Of a DNA stretch of 64,000 nt, positions 59,001-64,000 are shown one piece after another. The position numbers were made by a program, and so were the translations under genes. Within the stretch, counting starts at the first letter, position 1. Every line of letters starts with the position of its first letter. The notes beneath the pieces are model-generated. The model had not been told where the DNA came from. It searched no databases and was given only the letters and a program-made list of their open reading frames with translations. This stretch comes from Gammaproteobacteria bacterium (lineage in GTDB: Bacteria > Pseudomonadota > Gammaproteobacteria > BMS3Bbin11): the NCBI GenBank assembly GCA_013150915.1, contig JAADJE010000001.1, positions 30,575 to 94,574 on the forward strand. Direction: 5' to 3'.

Positions 59001-59096
59001 TGTGGAACACCTCAAATAAGTCTGGATATACCAGATTGAGATTCAAATATAATTATTCATGAAGTAATAGAGCGGCTGAATTATTCAAGCGGCCCT

Positions 59097-60443
59097 TTAT
59101 GCGGTATTGGTAATATTTTTCTCAAGATAGTGGATATCAAACTCAGCACTTTTGAAACCATGATCCGAGATAATTCTGCGGTGTAAAGGGATATTGGTTT
59201 TTATCCCGTCGATGATGACCTCGCTCAGGGCACTGGACATTCTCACCAGTGCCTCTTCCCGGTCTGCGCCGTGGGCAATAAGTTTGCCAATCATGGAGTC
59301 ATAATGTGTGGGGACGAAATAATTGTTGTATACATGCGAATCAACACGTATACCCGGCCCACCGGGCGCATGAAACTGAGTAATTCTTCCCGGCGAAGGC
59401 ATAAATGTCTCGGGGTCTTCCGCATTGAGGCGGCACTCTACCGCATGCCCCCTTATCTCGATATCGGCTTGTGTAAAGGGCAGTGGGTCACCCGCCGCTA
59501 TCAGTATTTGTGCCTTGACGATATCAATTCCCGTAATCATTTCTGTTACCGGATGTTCGACCTGGACACGTGTATTCATCTCAATGAAAAAGAATTCTCC
59601 CTTCTCATAGAGAAATTCAAAAGTGCCTGCACCGTGATAAGCGATCTGGCGACACGCTTCAGCGCAACGTTCACCAATAGTATTACGCTGCTCTTCTGTA
59701 ATACCCGGTGCAGGCGCCTCTTCTACCACCTTCTGGTGTCGACGTTGCATAGAACAGTCACGTTCACCCAGGTGTACTGCGTTACCGTGCTTATCCGCCA
59801 ACACCTGGAATTCAACATGGCGCGGGTGCTCCAGATATTTTTCCATGTAGACGTCAGGATTATTGAAGGTGGCGCCAGCCTCTGTACGTGTCAGCACAAT
59901 GGCATTCAACAAAGCAGATTCGCTATGCACTACACGCATTCCGCGTCCACCGCCTCCACCCGAAGCCTTGATGATTATGGGATAGCCTATTTCTGATGCA
60001 ATAGCAAGGTTAGTCTCATCATCAGTACCCAGTACGCCATCCGAACCCGGCACACAGGGGACGTTTGCTTTGTGCATAGACTGAATGGCCGAAACCTTGT
60101 CACCCATAGTGCGTATATTCGCTGCCGTGGGGCCGATAAAGATAAAGCCACAGGCCTCCACCAATTCCGCAAAATCCGCATTTTCTGATAAAAACCCATA
60201 GCCCGGATGTATCGCATCGGCATCCGTGACCTCCGCCGCACTCAAAATAGCGGGGATATGCAGATAACTTTGGCTGGCCTGTGCAGGTCCAATACAGACA
60301 GATTCATCTGCAAGCTTGACATAGAGGGCCTCCCGGTCAGCCTCCGAGTAAACCGCTACATTCTGAATACCCATCTCCCGGCAGGCTCGCTGGATGCGCA
60401 GGGCAATTTCACCGCGATTGGCAATGACAATCTTGTTAATCAT
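59097..60443 (-). CDS. accC: Acetyl-CoA carboxylase biotin carboxylase subunit
   Basis: [15 protein letters not shown]-terminus, ATP-grasp motifs. 448 aa. Confidence 0.98.
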   Translation of the reverse strand: MINKIVIANRGEIALRIQRACREMGIQNVAVYSEADREALYVKLADESVCIGPAQASQSYLHIPAILSAAEVTDADAIHPGYGFLSENADFAELVEACGFIFIGPTAANIRTMGDKVSAIQSMHKANVPCVPGSDGVLGTDDETNLAIASEIGYPIIIKASGGGGGRGMRVVHSESALLNAIVLTRTEAGATFNNPDVYMEKYLEHPRHVEFQVLADKHGNAVHLGERDCSMQRRHQKVVEEAPAPGITEEQRNTIGERCAEACRQIAYHGAGTFEFLYEKGEFFFIEMNTRVQVEHPVTEMITGIDIVKAQILIAAGDPLPFTQADIEIRGHAVECRLNAEDPETFMPSPGRITQFHAPGGPGIRVDSHVYNNYFVPTHYDSMIGKLIAHGADREEALVRMSSALSEVIIDGIKTNIPLHRRIISDHGFKSAEFDIHYLEKNITNTA

Positions 60444-60445
60444 AT

Positions 60446-60605
60446 GGACCCTCTGATCAATAATGCCATGCTTCTACGAGACCTGCAGGCTGATTTACAC
60501 TCTGCGTTGTCACTTTTCACCCGGCCCAGGCATGCCTTCAAAGTTCTGCCTTGATTGTTAATCAGCCAGTATGCCAGAGGTATGGCATTATTAATCAGGG
60601 GTTCC
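60446..60605. mobile_element. MITE-like element, copy D (fills the accB-accC spacer)
   Basis: 24-bp inverted termini GGACCCTCTGATCAATAATGCCAT (60446-69) and ATGGCATTATTAATCAGGGGTTCC (60582-605). They share the GGAMCCYCTGATYAAT end with copies A and B, but the interior is different. Confidence 0.65.
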
Positions 60606-60610
60606 ATTCC

Positions 60611-61048
60611 TTAATCGATAATGAAAAGTGTTTCACCAAACTCTGTTGGATCACCGGGTTCTTTAAGTATCGCGACGATTGTACCGGCTTTATCTGCCTC
60701 AATTTCATTGAAAATTTTCATCGCCTCGATGATGCACAGGGTATCGCCAACCTTTACCTTGCTACCTATCTCAACAAAATTTTTCGACTCAGGGGATGGG
60801 GCGGCATAGAAGGAACCGACCATAGGTGAAGTGACAGCATGCCCGTCAGGAATGCCGGCCTTGTTTTCAGCTACATTGTTTATAGCCTCTACTGCAACGG
60901 GCGCCTCAACGGGTGCCGCAACAGGTGCCGCCACCGCCGCTGAACTTCGACTGATACGAATGGCATCATCACCTTCCTTGATTTCAATCTCGGCAAGCCC
61001 TGATTTTTCAAGCAACTCAATCAGTTTTTTTATTTTACGAATATCCAT
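60611..61048 (-). CDS. accB: Acetyl-CoA carboxylase biotin carboxyl carrier protein
   Basis: Ala/Pro-rich linker and the biotinylation motif CIIEAMK. Confidence 0.97.
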   Translation of the reverse strand: MDIRKIKKLIELLEKSGLAEIEIKEGDDAIRISRSSAAVAAPVAAPVEAPVAVEAINNVAENKAGIPDGHAVTSPMVGSFYAAPSPESKNFVEIGSKVKVGDTLCIIEAMKIFNEIEADKAGTIVAILKEPGDPTEFGETLFIID

Positions 61049-61052
61049 TTTA

Positions 61053-61262
61053 GGGACCCCTGATTTATTCTGGACGAAGTAGATTGCGGTATAAAATCTT
61101 CGGATTTAGGGCGCAAGCCGTACGACCACTCAACAACATCCTGTCATCACAGCACGTGCACATCCATGTACGTCGTAATAGCGGGCTATTGCGAAGGTTT
61201 GGAACAAAGAAGCTGGATATTTTAGGGTTAAGATATGAGTTCATGAATAGATCAGGGGCTCC
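61053..61262. mobile_element. MITE-like element, copy B (fills the aroQ-accB spacer)
   Basis: Termini (A)GGGACCCCTGATTTATTC (61052-70) and GAATAGATCAGGGGCTCC(T) (61245-63). The interior is collinear with copy A (TGGACGAAGTAGATT.., ..CTATTGCGAAGGTTT..AGCTGGATATTTTAGG..GAGTTCATGAAT). TTA on both flanks (61050-52 and 61263-65). Confidence 0.75.
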
Positions 61263-61706
61263 TTAACCTTTAGATGTCAGCGTTATATCGATCGCAGCGC
61301 GCAAGGCCAGGGTATAGCCAATCGGGCCCAGCCCGGAGATCACACCCTTCGCCAGATCCGAGAAAAGGGATTTGTGGCGGAAGGGTTCACGCGCATGCAC
61401 ATTGGAAAGATGAATTTCAATAAAGGGGACGGCAACGGCTGCCAGTGCATCACGTATTGCAATGCTAGTATGCGTGAATGCCGCTGGATTAATAATTATA
61501 AAATCACTCTCGCCCGCCTGTTGGATTCTATCAACCAGCTCGTGTTCAGCATTACTTTGCATGAACGCCAGTTCAACCCCCTTTTCATCGGCAAGCGCCT
61601 GACAATCAGAATTAATACGGGTCAGCGTCGCCGAACCATAATGCCCAGGCTCACGTTCTCCCAACATATTCAGGTTTGGTCCATGTAATATAAGTATTTT
61701 TGTCAT
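61263..61706 (-). CDS. aroQ: Type II 3-dehydroquinate dehydratase
   Basis: [42 protein letters not shown]. Confidence 0.96.
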   Translation of the reverse strand: MTKILILHGPNLNMLGEREPGHYGSATLTRINSDCQALADEKGVELAFMQSNAEHELVDRIQQAGESDFIIINPAAFTHTSIAIRDALAAVAVPFIEIHLSNVHAREPFRHKSLFSDLAKGVISGLGPIGYTLALRAAIDITLTSKG

Positions 61707-61991
61707 TATGCAGGGGTGTTTCAGGCAAATATTCAGGGCGTAAGAATTATGGAAGCTCTCTCCCCGGTATGTTGCCTAATCATCGGGGAATTGTCCAGTT
61801 AGATGTATAATTAGTGGAGTTATGGTGGTTTTAACAGCAAAGTTATGACTGGTCGCAGATAGTTATCTATCCATTTCTCCTGTTTCTATCGACTGAATTT
61901 ACCTGATTTAATGTGAATGGAGCTGTCAGGGTGGTCAAGTAATATGCTGTGGGGCAGGGAACCAATCCGACAAACAGTCAATGCTTCAACA

Positions 61992-64000
61992 TCACTTCAC
62001 GCGAGCTGTCCCGATGGCTTTGGTGACTTTTTCAATCGTTTCCGTGAACTCAGCCCCATTCTGATAACCAATAACGCGCAGGTTTTGTATTTCCTGTCCA
62101 TCCAGCCCGAAGAACAGCAGGGCGGGTGGGCCAAACAGATTGAATTTCTTTAACACCGCTTTGTCTGCTGCATCATTTGCCGTCAGATCAAGCCGCAAGA
62201 GGCTGTAACCAGAAAGTGCATCAATGACCGTTGGTGATTTGAATGTCGTATTTTCCATACGTACACATTCCACGCACCAGTCAGCAAAGAAATCGACAAA
62301 GACCGGCTTACCTTCGTTCACCGCCCTGCCTACCGCGGCTTCAAGCGCCGGCAGGCCTTTGACATTTTCAAAGCTTAACCCTGCCCTCGGGCGCTCAGCA
62401 GGACCCTGCGTGCTGAGATACTGATTAGGACCAGAAATCTTTTCCAGTGGGTTAAAGACATCTGTTGCACCGGTCAGTGAGCCGACAAAAAGTGCGATAC
62501 CGTAGAGCAGAAAGATGATGCCTGTTCCTTTCCAGAAACGCTGCCAGCCGGAGGCAGTATCAGACAAAGAATCAAAGGCACGCATGTAGATCGCTGAAAC
62601 TATTAGTAGTGCAGCCCACAATACCATGGTGACAGCGGCCGGTAGTATGCGTTCAAGCAGCCATATTGCGACCCCCAGCATCAACACGCCAAACACGGCC
62701 TTTACGGCATTCATCCAGGTGCCAGCCCTCGGCAACAAACTGCCTGCGGATGCACCGATCAGTAATAGCGGCACGCCCATACCCAGCGACATCACAAACA
62801 GTGCAACACCCCCCAGTACAAAGTCTCCACTCTGACCTATATACAGCAATGCACCAGAGAGGGGGGCTGCCACGCAGGGGCCAACGATCAATGCCGATAG
62901 CGCCCCCATCACAAAAACTCCGCTATAGGCACCGCCAGGTATCTTATTGGATTTTTCGGTCAGTTTAGTCTGCAACCCTGCCGGTAACTGAATCTGATAG
63001 AAACCGAACATTGAAAATGACAGCAATACAAATACCAGTGCTGAAATGGCGAGTACCCATGTATTCTGGAATGCAGACGACAGTAACTCCCCGGTCAGCC
63101 CGGCAAGCATGCCGGCAAATGTATACATGATGGACATACCAAGGACGTATGCCACGGAAAGCATGAAAGCCTTTTTGCGTGTGATATCCGTACCCTGACC
63201 AACAATAATCCCGGACAAAATAGGAATCATGGGAAACACACAGGGCGTCATCGATAGCGCAAGGCCAAACAGAAAAAAGGCAATGATGGTGGTGGTAACA
63301 CTGCCTCCGGACAATATCGCCATCACGCTCTGTTCGTCTGACACATCTGCTATCAACTCTGTTCCAGGCACACTCGCGGATGTGCTACTTTTTTCTGCCT
63401 CTGAGTCTGCTTGTATAGCAGGACTTCCGGCACCACCAGGACCATCGCCCAGGGTAATATCTACTGTTTTGGTTATCGGTGGATAGCAAATACCTTTATC
63501 GGCACAGCCCTGATATTTAGCGATCAGCTTGAATTTTCCATCAGTACTTTTCCCTGCCAGAGCAAGATCAATAACAAAGTTATAGTGATAAACTTCAGTT
63601 CGGCCAACAAACTCATCTTCTTTGATCTCACCCGCAGGCAATTGGTAGGGTTGTATACTGATTCCAGGGGTGGCGCTTTCAAAAGCAAACTTGTCCCTGT
63701 AAAGATAGTAATTTTCAGCAATAAACAGCGACACCGTCACCTTATCGGCGGCGGTAGAAATGACACTAAGCTGAAACGCCTCATCCGGCGGTAAATACTC
63801 AGTTTCTCCAGAACTTTGCTCGAGCAACGATGCCAGTCCGGATCGTGTAGCAGGTGTTGACGGAGGCTTTATAGCGGGTAAAGAAGCAGGGGGTGAAGAA
63901 GTAGGGGAGAGTGCACTTGTCGCTGGCAAAGTGATTTTTAGTTCTTTACTTACGGGAGGATAACAAACGCCTACCGGATCGTTACAACCCTGATATACCA
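61992..64000 (-). CDS. dsbD: Thiol:disulfide interchange protein DsbD (5' end outside the window; N-terminal domain apparently duplicated)
   Basis: nDsbD domain (YYLYRDKF..YQGCADKGICYPP), TM core with the CVFPMIP and GPCVAAPL cysteines, and a C-terminal thioredoxin WCVEC. The frame stays open upstream of the TTG at 63929 and reads ..VYQGCNDPVGVCYPPVSKELKIT at the window edge. Confidence 0.9.
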   Translation of the reverse strand, partial: VYQGCNDPVGVCYPPVSKELKITLPATSALSPTSSPPASLPAIKPPSTPATRSGLASLLEQSSGETEYLPPDEAFQLSVISTAADKVTVSLFIAENYYLYRDKFAFESATPGISIQPYQLPAGEIKEDEFVGRTEVYHYNFVIDLALAGKSTDGKFKLIAKYQGCADKGICYPPITKTVDITLGDGPGGAGSPAIQADSEAEKSSTSASVPGTELIADVSDEQSVMAILSGGSVTTTIIAFFLFGLALSMTPCVFPMIPILSGIIVGQGTDITRKKAFMLSVAYVLGMSIMYTFAGMLAGLTGELLSSAFQNTWVLAISALVFVLLSFSMFGFYQIQLPAGLQTKLTEKSNKIPGGAYSGVFVMGALSALIVGPCVAAPLSGALLYIGQSGDFVLGGVALFVMSLGMGVPLLLIGASAGSLLPRAGTWMNAVKAVFGVLMLGVAIWLLERILPAAVTMVLWAALLIVSAIYMRAFDSLSDTASGWQRFWKGTGIIFLLYGIALFVGSLTGATDVFNPLEKISGPNQYLSTQGPAERPRAGLSFENVKGLPALEAAVGRAVNEGKPVFVDFFADWCVECVRMENTTFKSPTVIDALSGYSLLRLDLTANDAADKAVLKKFNLFGPPALLFFGLDGQEIQNLRVIGYQNGAEFTETIEKVTKAIGTARVK

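Overview
This window looks like a gammaproteobacterial chromosome segment, with gene order resembling Pseudomonas and sulfur-oxidiser genomes. It is mostly housekeeping. Read left to right on the + strand: rpoZ'-spoT-ridA; slyX; uvrD; glmS-glmU; an FKBP isomerase; the full atpCDGAHFEBI operon; parB-parA-rsmG-mnmG; two lpxL-type acyltransferases; recG; ubiA; aroE; fetBA; pdxA-rsmA; plsC-gmhB; glyS-glyQ; mtgA; purH-fis-dusB; a DUF3426 zinc-ribbon protein; prmA; accC-accB-aroQ; dsbD. No rRNA, tRNA, CRISPR array, integrase or transposase gene was recognised.

The non-core content that stands out:
1. An ECF sigma/anti-sigma pair (3.1-7.1 kb). The anti-sigma factor carries a periplasmic DsrE-like (COG1416-type) domain. 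It sits back-to-back with a secreted DsrE-like paralogue plus a porin. The two sides are joined by two near-identical divergent ECF-type promoter motifs (AAAATGGAATA-N16/17-CGTCT). This is my best candidate for an undescribed envelope, possibly sulfur-species, signalling module.
2. An FHA / PP2C / CHASE2-Hanks-kinase triad (29.5-33.6 kb) with two divergent secreted proteins and no T6SS context.
3. A MITE-like repeat family with GGAACC(Y)CTGATTAAT inverted termini and apparent TTA duplications. It is inserted inside essential operons (atpB|atpE, accB|accC, aroQ|accB) and has degenerate relatives at two more loci.
4. A second REP-like family built on TTCAGTGTTCAG. It flanks ubiA and includes an (ACTGAAC)5 array next to a possible leaderless ubiA promoter.
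5. A DsbD whose N-terminal periplasmic domain appears tandemly duplicated.

All calls come from reading the translations and the DNA by eye. No database search was run.
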